This document shows, piece by piece, positions 14,215 through 26,387 of a stretch of 64,000 nucleotides of DNA. Source of the DNA: Camelus ferus (taxonomy: Eukaryota). The notes under the pieces were generated by a model, which saw nothing but the letters and a program-made list of their open reading frames with translations, was not told the origin of the DNA and made no database searches. Made by a program: the position numbers and the translations under genes. The DNA is taken from positions 51,214,001-51,278,000 of the forward strand of contig NC_045696.1 in the NCBI RefSeq assembly GCF_009834535.1, given 5' to 3'. How positions within the stretch are numbered: position 1 is the stretch's first letter; each line of letters starts with the position of its first letter.

Positions 14215-14723
14215 TGTGATGAGGAAAAATCATAAATTTCTTTATGGCAGGACAGTCAAACTAAATCAGAACTGAAACACACATAACAACCACCTACACA
14301 CCCATTTGGGACGAGCCTTTCCCGGTGTTTGGTGTGCACCTGCATTACACATTAACCAGACCTCCTCAAGGCAGGAGGATGTAACCAGCCTTTGAGAAGA
14401 ATGGTCCCATTCTTCAGACGTCAGCACTGTAATTTTAAGATTACTATTTCTCTTTCCATCCTGTACAGGGAGTTGCAGAGACCTAAAGGCTTGCTCTGTA
14501 CATGCACACCTGAACAAACATCTCTGATTAACTTTATTTATAATGTTAACCTGTTAATGTGATACATCATTCTTTGTCTAACCATATCTCTAATGCTTGA
14601 CCAGTGGAACAGACCTCAGAGCTTTCTGAAAGACTGTCTCCTGGGTTATAACCCTCAGTTTGGCTCAAATAAAATTCTCTCTTTTCTTTCTAGCTTGATA
14701 GTTAATTTGAGTTTTTGTCGACA
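14215..14723 (+). mobile_element. Solo LTR (ERV1-like)
   Basis: Begins tgtgatgagg and ends ttttgtcgaca; AATAAA near the 3' end; near-TSD tata/taga. Confidence 0.65.
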
Positions 14724-15249
14724 TAGATATCCATTGCTAACAATCCATTAAACAATTCAAAAACTACCATCCTACTTCCATGCCTGTAATCCCCGATTGC
14801 CTGGCTTTTTTAAAGGCAAATACTGTTATCAGTTTGGTATGTATCTTTTCAGACCTTTCAGACCTTCTTCCTTTGTACTTACGTGTATGTATGCATCTAC
14901 ATAAGCATATAGTTTTGCTTTGTCTTTAAAGTAAATGCTGTGTTTTACATGTTATTCTTCAGTTCTCTTTTCTTAAAAAATAGTGTAACATTATCTCTTG
15001 GCATCACAGGTTAGCACATAGGATAGGCCCATCTCTGTTTATTAAAGTGCTATATAGTATATTTCATAGGACGGACTTACCATAGTTTCCTTGACTGTTA
15101 GTTCATTTCCATTGTTCTGTTGTTACAAGTAGTGCTGCACTGAACTGTCTGACCATGCTTTCTTAAGCTCACATGTGTCTCTTTCTCATATAGGTAATGG
15201 AATTTCAAGGTCAAGCATTTTAACTTCAGTAATGATAACAACTAGGATT

Positions 15250-15455
15250 TGCTGAACATACTTGTTCTAGACACTGTATTAAGTTTTTTACATATATTTT
15301 CTCAGTTCTCACAAAAAATTGCTAGTATAATTATTCTCATTTTGTAGATGAGGAAACCAAAGAAAAGTGACTCAGAGTCATAGAACTAAGTGGTAGAGCC
15401 GGCACATGAACCCAGGTAGTTTATTTGCAGAGACCCTGGTCCGGATTACCTCACT
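15250..15455 (-). mobile_element. MIR fragment
   Basis: ctcattttgtagatgaggaaacc...taagtggtagagcc...gaacccagg core. Confidence 0.75.
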
Positions 15456-16969
15456 ATATTGATTCGGTGATCTCTTTTCCCATCATCATGGGAACAAAAG
15501 TCTACACTACTAAATATTTATCCCTTCCATGTACTCTGTGATTAAAGGAAGGTTAATCAGGGCACTTTTAGTTGTCTTAGGTTTTAACACACATTCTGTG
15601 CCCCAGCGGCTTAGAGATGTCATTATCCAGAACTCCTTCCAAACTAAGCTTATTATTGAATCAAGATTTATTAATAAATTTTTAAAATTACATATCTACC
15701 AAGGAATAAAATAAGATGGCAATTTACATAGATTACCCAGAAAGATGGGAGTGTTAAAGAGCTGAAAATGTGATTCTGTACAGAGAGGATAAAGTCCATA
15801 GCAAGGCCTTTAGTTTAAGAAGAGGGAATTAGTAAGCATAATACCGTGGTGAAAAGTGGTGGACTATGACATTTTTCTTATCTGTATATGTACATACAAG
15901 GTTGTAAGGTGATTAAAATACAAAAAGCAAAACAGTTTGGTCTAAGAAAAGGAAATAGTAAATAGTAAATAGTGATCATTAGATCCCATATTACATATGC
16001 AATTATATTTGGAAGAGCTCCCAGATATATGGGCCCCTGTTATCGAAAGTTTTGCTTTTTGAAGAATATTATATAAACAAGATTTCAATTTATTAACTGG
16101 CAAATATTACTTGAAAATCTTTCTATGAAAAGTATAAATACCCCAAATATAATTTTGTTTGGCATTTTATTTAATAAATCAAACAGAACTGGGCTTTCTC
16201 ATTCCTAAAAATAACCAATCTGAAAAGTCACTAACTGGGGGATGAGAAGAGATGGTACACTGAGAGACTGTATTTAGTGCTGCCACTTGTCATATTTTCT
16301 CATAAAATCCTATTTTATGATGTGACTTTGCAAAAATCAGTTATATGCAGAGGAAGAGATAGGGCTAAAAGCCAACATGGGATTATAGATTGAAATATGC
16401 TGTTTTTCTTCTACAACATGTAAATCAAAGTTTAGTGTTAACATGGGGATTTTGTATCTATAATCAGTTGAGATTAGGTATTTCTGGATTTTTTAGAAGA
16501 TAATATAATTTTGAATTAGGATACTTAAAAAAAATCTATCTCTGAAATCCACTTGTATTTTTTTTCTTATTGTTTGTGTATATTTGACTCAAATGGCCAC
16601 CATATCATATCTCTTTGCAAAGTTCAGAATAAATAAAATTTTAATTTTTTCATAAGTTTACTTAGATTGACTTTAATAGTTAAACTACAATAAACATAAA
16701 TAGCCACCCATTTCAAGCTCCTTTCCCTAGTAAATATTGATAAAATTGTATTTGGTGTAAGGCACAATTTAAAAAAATAATTTGTTCATGCACCAATTAC
16801 CTGTTTTTCTTCTGTTGTAACAAAAAGTTTAACAAAAATAGTATATGAAGTAGGCAGTGGTGACCTACTAGTTTGCTTTGACCATAGCAAGTGCCAGCAG
16901 ACCATTGTGACAGATACTTTCCCCTTTTTTTCCATGATGCTAAAATTGTTGTATTATTTGTCTTTGCAG

Positions 16970-17050
16970 TTTTTCTTTACATCTTTTGGTGCCAGGGATA
17001 GAAGTTACCTAAGTATCTTTAGGTTGTGGCAGAACGTACTATTAGACAAG
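16970..17050 (+). CDS. GRAMD1C: GRAMD1C exon 6 (81 nt), end of GRAM/PH-like fold
   Basis: tttgcag|TTT...GAC AAG|gtaagt; FFFTSFGARDRSYLSIFRLWQNVLLDK. Confidence 0.96.
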
Positions 17051-17179
17051 GTAAGTGTTCACACCAGAGGTGAGTGCTTGTTATAACAGCGACCTCCCAA
17101 TGTGTACCTAAACAGTGTTTGTGAGTTGAAAGCTCCTTTTTATTTTTATGGAGTTAATTTTGACTAGACTCTTCAAATT

Positions 17180-20100
17180 CCAACAAGAAACTTGAAGTAA
17201 CATAAAATCCATAGTTACAAGTTAAGATGTTAATTGTAACCCCCAGGGTAACCACTCAGAAAATAACTTTAAAAATATGGTAAAAGAAACATAAAGGGAA
17301 TGAAAATGGCACACTAGAAACATCTGTTTAACACATAAGAAGGCAGTAATGGAGAAATAGAGGGACAAAAAGACCTAAGACACAGAAAACAAATTACAAA
17401 ATGGCAGACATTACATTAAATTGTTAAACCTAAGTGGATTAAACACTTCTAGCAGAAGGCAGAGGTAAGCAGAATGAATGAAAAAAACATGATTTGACTA
17501 TATGCTGTCTAAAAGAAACACCTTAGAGGTAAAGATAGAAATTGATGGAAAGTAAAATGATGGAAAAAGATACACGATGCAAACAATGATCAAAAGAGAG
17601 CTGGAGTAACTATAGTAATATCAGACTAAATAGGCTGAAAGATAAAAATTACTAGAGACAAGGAAGAAGATTTTGTAATAATGAAAGGGTCAATCCACCT
17701 GGAATTCATAACAATTGTACACTTACATGCATCTAATAAGAGAACTGTAAGATTCATGGAATAAAAACTGACAGAACTGAAGAGAAAAATTGACAATTCA
17801 ACAATAATTGTTGGGAGATTTCAGTACCCCACTATCACTGATATATAGAATACCCAGACAGAAGATCAAGGAAACAGAGGAGTTGAACAACACTATAAAC
17901 TAACTAGACTTAAAAGACATCTATGGGACATTCCACTCATAACAGAATATACATCCTTCTCAAGTGTACACGGAACATTCTCCAGGAGAGAGGCCATATA
18001 CTACGTCATTAAACAAGCCTTAATAAATTCGAAAGGATTGAAATAATACAAAATATGTTCTCTAACCACACTGGAATGACATTAGAATTCAGTAACAGAA
18101 GTAAATTTGGGAAATTCACACAAAAAAAGTGGATATAAAGCAGAACACTCCTAGAAAGCCAAGGGGTGAAAAAAGAAATCACAAGGGAAATTAGAAAATA
18201 CTTTGAGTTAACTGAAAGCAAAAAACCCCAGCATACCAAAGCTTATGAGATATAGATAAAGCAGTGCTTAGTGGGTAGTTTATAACTATAAACACCTATA
18301 TTAAAAAAGAAGAATGATCTTGAATTAACTTTCCACCTTAAGAAATTAGAAAAAAAGAGAGAGGTGAAGCTCCAAGCAAGTAGAAGCAAGGAAATAATAA
18401 AGATTAGAACAGAAATTAATGAAATATAGGATAAAAAATAGTGGTAATCAACATAACCAGAAGTTCTTTATTTGAAAAAGATCAACAAAATTGACAAACC
18501 TTTAGCTAAGTTTACCAAGAAAAAAGAAGATTAAAATGATTTCATCCAGAAGTAAGAGTGGTAACATTACTACTGACCTTACAAAAATAAAGGGTTCATT
18601 CTCTGAGCAATTGTGTGCCAACAGATTAGTTAGCCTAAGTGAAATGGACAAATGCCTAGAAAGTCACAAACTATTGAAAGTGACTCAAGCAGAAATAGAA
18701 AATCTGAATAGACCTATGTCAAGGAAAGAGATTGAACTAGTAATAAAAAAATCTACCTATAAAGAAAAGCACAGGCCCAGATGGCTTCATTGGTGAATTC
18801 TGCCATATGTTACAGTAGAATTAACACCAGTCCTTCACAAAATATTCCAAAAAACAAAAGAGGAGGTAACACTTCCCAGCTCACTCTATGAAACCAGTAT
18901 TACCTTGATAGCAAAACCAGACAAAGAACCCCACAAGAAAACTACAGACCAGTATTTATGCTCAATGTAGACACAAAAATCCTCAACAAAATAGTAGCAA
19001 ACCAAAACCAGCAATACACAAGAAACATTATATGCCATGATTTATACAAGGTTGTTCAACATATGAAAATCAATCAATATAATACACTATATTAGAATAG
19101 AGGACAAAAACACGACGTGATCATTTCAATCAGTACAGAAAAAAATTTTAACAAAACCCATCATCCTTTCATGATTAAAAAACAAAACAAATTAGGTCTA
19201 GCAGGGAATTTCATTAACCTCATAAAGCTCATAGCTAGCATATTTAATGGTGGAAGACTATAATGCTTCCCTCTTAAGGCCAGGAACACAACAAGGATGC
19301 TCTTTCTTGCCACTTCTATTCAACATTGTATTGAAGGTTCTAGCCAGAGAAATTAGGCAAGAAAAATAAGTAAAAGACATCCAGACTAAAAGTGTAGAAA
19401 TAAAATTGTCTCCATTGGCAGATGACATGTTTTTGTATGTATAGAATTCTAAGAGCACCAATAAAAACATGTTAGAACTAATAAGTTCAGCAAGGTTGCA
19501 GAATACATGACCAAAATACAGAAATAAGTTGTATTTCTATATATTCACAATAAAAAAACTGAAAATAAAATTTAAAAAGTTTATAATAACATCAAAAAAG
19601 AATAAAATACTTGGGAATACATTTAACAGAAGTATAATACATGTACACTGAAAGCTGCTAAACATTGTTGGAAGAAATTAGACTTAAGTAACGAAAAGAA
19701 TCTCATGCTTACGGATTGGAAGACTTAATATTGCTAAGATGGCTGTACTCCCCAAATTGACCTGCAGTTCAGTGTGATCCCTATCAGAGTTCCAACTGGT
19801 ATTTTTGTAGAAATTGACAAGTGAACCCTAAAATTCATATGGAAATAGAAGGTACCCACAATAGCAAACAAATCTTAAAAAAGAAGAACAAAGTTGGATA
19901 AATTAGTCTGTTAGGGCTGCCATAACAAAATGCCATAGAGTGGCTTAAACAACAGAAAGTTATTTTCTTAGAGTTCTGGAACCCAGAGGCCCCATCTCCA
20001 AATGCCATCACATTGGGATTTGGGGATTCTACATATGAATTGGGGGGGGGCATAATTCAGTCCACAGCAACCTCATTTAACCTAATTTCCTCCTTAAAGT

Positions 20101-21620
20101 CTCCATCTCCAAGTATAATCATATTGGGGGTTAGAACTTCAACATGTGCATTTAGGGGGATACAATTCTGTTCCTAACATTGGAGGACTTACACTTCTTG
20201 ATTTCAGTGTTTACTACAAAGCTGCAGTAATCAAGGCAATATATCTCCTGGCATAAATCTAGATATACAGGTTAATGGCATAGAATTGAGACTCCAGAGA
20301 TAAAATCTTACACTTAACCAATCATAAATTGATTTTTGACAAGGGTGCCAAAACAATTCAATGGGGGAAAGAATAGTCTTTTCACAAAATGGTGTTAGAA
20401 TAACTAGATATCTACATGCAAAATAATAAATTTTAACCCCTACTTCATATTATATACAAAAATTAACTGAAAATGGATCATCGACCTAAGTGCAAGATCT
20501 ATAAGTATAAAACCCTCAGAAAAAACTGTAGCTGTAAATCCTCAAGCCCTTTGGATTAGACATTGGTTTCTTAGATAGGACATTAAAGCTCAAATGACAA
20601 AAGAAAAAAATAAGATAAATTGGCCTTCATCAAAATTAAAAACTTTTGTGCTTGAAGGGGTCCATTAAAAGAGGGAAAAAGACAACTAACTCATTGAGAG
20701 AAAATATGTACAAGTTATATATCTGATAGGTATTTGTGTCTAGAATATATAAAGAACTCTTACAACTCAACAAGAAAAAGACATATAACCAATTAAAAAT
20801 GGGCAAAGGATTTAAATAGTAATTTCTCCGAAGAAGTTATACAAATGACCAAGTGCATAGAAGATGCTTAGTGTCATTTGCTATTAGAGAAATGTAAATC
20901 AAAACCATGAGATACCCCTTCACACCCATTGGAATGGCTAAAATAAAAAGACAGATTAGCAGATGTTGAAGATGTGAATAAATTGGACTGCTCATGCATT
21001 GCTGTCGCATCATAAAACTGAAAAAATTGATAAACAGTTTTGTAGTCTCTCAAAATGTTGAACATAGAGTTAGCATATGAACCAGCAATTCCATTTCTAG
21101 GTTTCTATGCAGGGGAATGGAAAGCTTACTGTTCACACAACAACTTGTACTAAAATATTCATAGCTTTATTCATAGTGACCAAAAAATGGAAACATCCTC
21201 AATGTCCATTAACAGAAGAAAGTGTACATACAGATATACAAAATGTATAGTCATACAATGGAATAGTATTTAGCAATAAAAAGGAGTGAAGTACTGATAC
21301 ATGTTACAACATGGGTAAACCTTGAAACATTATGCTACGTGAAAGAAGCCAGTCCTCAAAGAACACATATTTGATGATTCTATTTTTATTAAATGTCCAA
21401 AATCGGCAAATTCATAGAAATTGAAAATAAATTTGTGACCAGGGGAGGGAGGAATGAGGAGTGACTGCTAATGAATTTGGGCATCTTTTTGGGTTGATGA
21501 AAATATTCTAAAATTAGTACTGATAGTTGTACAACTCAGGATATGCTAAAAACTACTGGATTGTATGCTTTTAGAAAAGTGAATTTTATGGTTTGTGAGT
21601 TATATCTAAGTAAAGCTGTT
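17180..21620 (+). mobile_element. ~4.4-kb L1 (L1MB-like): ORF2 remnants plus 3' UTR, sense to gene
   Basis: Continuous degenerate endonuclease/RT coding sequence and typical 3' end (gaagtactgatacatg...aaccttgaaacattatgcta...gaattttatgg...taaagctgtt). Confidence 0.9.
19899..20179 (-). mobile_element. MaLR MLT1-like LTR fragment nested in L1
   Basis: tagggctgccataacaaa...ggcttaaacaacagaaa motif; 5-bp TSD TTGGA (19894-19898 / 20180-20184). Confidence 0.85.
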
Positions 21621-21699
21621 ACTGAAACAACTGGTTTGGGAGAAGAATAGAGCTTTCCAGCTGATAAGAAAAGGCTCCTCTGCAGTGAGAGCTCAAACA

Positions 21700-22750
21700 C
21701 CACTGGTGGGAACTTGACCTCTCCCCACCACTCCCCAGATAAGCCCCTCATTGGAGTGGACGAATTTTGCCTGCGGGATTTTAGGATTGAATGCTGTAAC
21801 GAATTTTCAAACTTTAGGGAACCTGCTAAGATTTGGCTCTTTCAAACAGTGCTTTGCTCAGATGCTTTCACTTTCCTGGAGTTCAGGGTAGGGGTGGGGT
21901 GGAGGGGCAGGGGGAGTGGGATACGATGCGAAGTGACCTGGAAGTCGGGAGGTGGAGGAGAGAGAGAAGAGAGAAGCGGGTCGTGTAGGGAAGCGTGCCA
22001 AGCACAGACCCTCCTCCCTCCCTTGCATAACAGACAAGGCTGGCAGGGCAGCCCCAAGACCAACCCCCACTTCCTTGAGTCTTTCTTGGCGTTTGGGCGC
22101 CCAGTCTCCCTCGGAGCCCGATGCCCATGCTCCTGGCCTGGGAGATGCTCAGGCTGGCAGGCCTGCGGGTGCCGGGACCAGCAGTGCCTGGCAGCCAACT
22201 GCAAGAGCACAAAACCGCTGCACTGAGGTGTGCGGCCCGACAGCCCCACTCTGCCCTTCCAGGTCGTGCTGTGGAAAGCCTCCGCCCCGCAACTGCAGGC
22301 CCGCCGCGTTCAGACGCATCATCATAATTACAGATGGCTGCTCTTACTGGCATAGGGCTGAAAACTACAATGTTGCCATAGGGACATGGCTAACTCTACC
22401 CCAAACACCAAGTTGTTTTGATTGCTCTGGAAATACCCCGGGTGCATTATTTAATTCTAACAAGGAGCTGCTACCGCATCCCACGTTCGGTGATACGCTG
22501 GATCAGAGCGGCCTCTCCAAATCACTTTCGAGCTTACTGCACGAGAGGAAATTGGGATGCAGCCTCAGGAAAACAAATACCTCCAGGGAAGTGATAAAGT
22601 GCAGGCTTAGCCAGGGGGAAAACTGAGATCTGAAATGTAATGAAAAAAGAAAAACAAACAAACAAACAAAAACCTCTTTGAAGTGGGAGGAAGAGAGGGA
22701 ATTCCAGGACTCTCCTGAGGCCACTATAGCGGATAAACGCTGTCTACCGA
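21700..22750. promoter_or_regulatory. GC/CpG-rich intronic element (candidate enhancer or promoter)
   Basis: About 30 CpG counted by eye in 21920-22545 against an AT-rich, CpG-poor background; G-run cluster 21886-21920; X-box-like GTTGCCATAGGGAC 22372-22385. Confidence 0.5.
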
Positions 22751-23752
22751 CTGGAAGTAAAATCTAACCCTCTTTGGAAAGATCCTGATGTCAGCTGTGT
22801 TCTTGATGTGCTCAGAGGAGTATCAATGTTTTTACGGTAGTTCTACCTTTCAGATCTTTGGATTATTTGGTTATCTTTAATGTTGAACATGCAATTCTAT
22901 TCCAAGTAGACGCAGTGCTCTCATTTTAATAAATAGAACGATGACCATTTCTGCTCTATGGTAGGACAAAAATCCACATTTACGCATATACTATATGTTA
23001 AGTGCTATACAGAACTTAATGAAAGTTTAAGGTGAGATCTCAGTTTTAAAATTATCCTAATTGGAATTTTAAACTCTGTAGAATTCACCCAGAAAAGGAA
23101 TTAGAAAATAAAATCAACAACAAAACTACCCTTCCTAGTGATCTTTGAAGAACATTTTTTTAATATACTAATATCTATAACAATAATAGTAACTCTCACT
23201 TATGAAGTATTAGGTGCCAGACATAGTGCTAGGTGCTTCGTGTAGTCTCAATATTGTTTGTAATTTTACAAGTCTCAGTTGTCTTCTAGTTTTTTTAAAG
23301 AAATTAAATTTTGGTTAGATTTCTTGATCTTTTCTAATACTATTTTTAAAAAGAAGGAAAAAATCAAAATCCATAAAATATACAGACTAACTAAATTCTG
23401 TAAGACAAGTAATGTGAATAATAAATTTTACATATATTGCAAAATATTTTTAGAAGATTTGAAATTTAGAATATTATATTTATTACCGGATTTTGATATA
23501 ATGAAGGAATTTGAGAATAAAAGTAAATATGTCTGATTTTTGCTTACTTCTTGCATAAGGGGGCCTTAAAAACAAAGCAGATTAATCTAGATAAAAGATT
23601 AGTCCATTAAGATTAATACAACAGAGTGATTTTAACTCTATGTGTATGTATGTGTGTTTGTGTGTATTTGTTTCTTCAGTAAAATAAATCCACAAAAAGG
23701 AAAAAAAGCTGGAGGCAAATATAATGCCTTTGAAAAAGAATGCTTTTTTAAA

Positions 23753-23930
23753 TTTTATTGACGTATTGAAGTTGATTTACAATATGTTAATTTCTGGTGT
23801 ACAGCATAGTGATTCAGTTATATATACATATGTATACATATTCCTTTTCATATTCTTTTTCATTATAGGTTATTATAAAATATCAAATGTAGTTCCCTGT
23901 GCTGTATAGTAGGACCTTGTTGTTTATCTC
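23753..23930 (-). mobile_element. Short artiodactyl-type L1 3' end
   Basis: ctggtgtacagcatagtgattcagttata...ttccctgtgctgtatagtaggaccttg; flanked by AAAGAATGCTTTTTT. Confidence 0.8.
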
Positions 23931-24377
23931 AAAGAATGCTTTTTTAAAAAAAATTTTATTTCATTTTTTGTTTTTGGCAAAGAATGCTTTTAAAAGTACA
24001 TTTTTTTTTCATTCATTAGGTTCCTCTGATGCATTGCTTCAGAAAGAACAGTTTATTTCAGATATTTGGCTTAGCTTGCCATAAGTCTTCAATGTTTAGA
24101 CATGCTTACATTATCACCGTGGTCATTCATGCTGTAATTGATATCCCTTCAACTTAGTTCACAACCCTTGAGTTTGGCACCCTTCTCTAGATAGCACATT
24201 GAGTATTTGGGGTTCGTAGGGCCAGAAGAGCGTGTCAGCTCCGTTCTTTGAAACAAACAATTGATGTTTTCTTTTTTTTGTATAGAACCTTGGTTTAAGA
24301 TGAGTCCCTAGGCCCTTCCCTACTTGATTCCTCCACTATTTTGTTGCATTTAAGCCCCTCCCCCTTCCATGTTCTGT

Positions 24378-24655
24378 ACCAGGTCAGACAGTCTTGCTAC
24401 CTGTTTTTGCATGGTCCACAAAGTAGAAGTGATTTTACAATTATGTTTCATGACACAATTATATGAAATTCAAATTTCAGTGTCCATTAATAAAATTTTA
24501 TTGAAACACAGCCATGCTCATTCTTTCTGTGTTGTCTGTGGTTGCTTTCACACTGCAGTGGCAAAGTTGAGTAGTTGCAACAGAGACTGAATGGGCCACA
24601 AGGCCTGAAATATTTACTCTGTGGTCTTTTACAGAAACAGTTTTTGGACCTCTGA
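24378..24655. mobile_element. MER58-like hAT-Charlie element
   Basis: aaattcaaatttcagtgtcc...ttttattgaaacacagccatgctcatt...gcctgaaatatttact. Confidence 0.75.
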
Positions 24656-26239
24656 ACTATACTAAAGCCAGATTTATTTATTTTTTTGTTTTTTTTAACA
24701 TGTATGCCTGCTAGTATTAGCTTCTTGCTTAATACCCATTACCCTTGGAATAAAATTTTAAAGTTTTATGTAGGGACTGTATGATTTGGCCCCAGCATGC
24801 TACTCCAGCCTCATTAATACTTTTCTGTTTCTAGTGATATTATTGTATTATTAGATTTGGGATTACTGATACTAATAATATAGGCAGGATGTGTACAGAA
24901 TCAAATTATTCATTTTGCACTATTTTTCTCTCAGAGAGATAATAGCAGTCTCTCTTGCCAGTACATGGGAGCTACTAGGAAGCTAGCTCTTCATGGAAAT
25001 TGAAGAGTACATTTTGAAAGTGAATATTTAAATCCAGGGCCTGGTAGAGCAGAAATCTGTGCTCATTTTAAATTATAAAGCTTAAAGAGACAGAATGGCT
25101 TTTAGGCTTATTCCCAAAGGGCAGAAGGAAGGGGCATGTGTCAGGACTAGGGATGAGGTGATGAGGGGAGCTTTTTCAATGTATACAAACCCCTCCCTCT
25201 CCAAATTCTGTTACATGTCTCTCCAGCTTCTATTTTGGGAGTCTCTGATTGAAGGATGACAGAAGGGTATCCTGTTTCTCAAGTGGGTTAAAAGAGTTTA
25301 AAATAGTTGATTAATTGTACTAGTATGTATACAGAAAGAATATGTCAATCTGGAGGATGCTTGGCCAGACTTAGGCTGAGAATTTAGGACTTAGGGCAGA
25401 AAAGCAATCACAGAGGCAGACTTTGATCACTAGAAAAATATACAGAGATGAGTCATCAGGCCCTACCAGTGTCACAGTAAATTGTCCCTTAAAACTATCT
25501 ACCTGTGCTGTACTCCATGTTTATCATGCACATTTCTGGTGATAGTCTGACTTCCAAGGTATTCAGGCACCTGGATGGTAGAATGATTGAAATCTGAAAT
25601 CTAGAAAGGATCTTTTCCTACTATGCATTAGTGTATTTACTACAGAGCATGTACATGCAGCCTGTGAGTGTGGCTCGTTTAAGTCGGCCACTCTGAGTGC
25701 TCCTGTGGGATGTTGACAGTGCTGAGGCCTTCCTCCAAATAGTGGTCAATTTATCAAGGTTATGTCACCTTTGAGACCTTTTGGAGGCCTGTCATCTAGC
25801 CTTCTCCAGTAGACTCCTCAGCCTTATCAAATCCTCTTACTCTTCCTAATGCCCCTCTCCAGTGATTTTGGAATTACTTGGAAATCTAGAAGTTTTCCAG
25901 TAGTGCTATGAATCTAATAAGTGTAACAGCCAGACCTAAATGGAAAAAATAAAGGCACATTGATAGCTATTTTAAGTTCCATTTTCTATATACTAGCCTG
26001 GCAGAATAGAAATATTTGTATTCATATATATTGTTTCCTATTTTTTAACCTTTCTGGTTGGTAGAACCCTCCACCTGTTTTCCCTTGGTCAGCAAAGTGT
26101 GCCTCATCCTGCCCAGTCACCTAAGCCAGAAACCTGGTACATCCTTGTTTCTTATGTCTTCTTTGCTAACTTGCCATGTCCGTCATTAAAGCTCTCAACG
26201 TTTCTAGCTTGAACCGTTATAATAATCTCCTAAAGATCT

Positions 26240-26387
26240 TTTTTTTTAATTGAAGAAAAATTGATTTACAACATTGTGTTAGTTCCTGGTAGACAGCATA
26301 ATGATTCAGCTCTACGTATATATAAATATTCTTTTTCATATTTTTCATTATAGGTTATTACAAGCTATCGAATATAGTTCTTTGTGT
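26240..26387 (-). mobile_element. Short artiodactyl-type L1 3' end
   Basis: Same family as 23753-23930; TSD-like taaagatct at 26231 and 26388. Confidence 0.75.

Noticed and set aside
18536..18796. L1 ORF2-like peptide ORFs (also 5329-5565, 6155-6355)
   Set aside because: Fragments of decayed L1 with stops and frameshifts; no intact reverse transcriptase.
21714..22626. Overlapping ORFs up to 224 aa in the GC-rich block
   Set aside because: ORFs occur in most frames on both strands, the longest starts at GTG, and no domain is recognisable; this is expected from stop-codon scarcity in GC-rich DNA.
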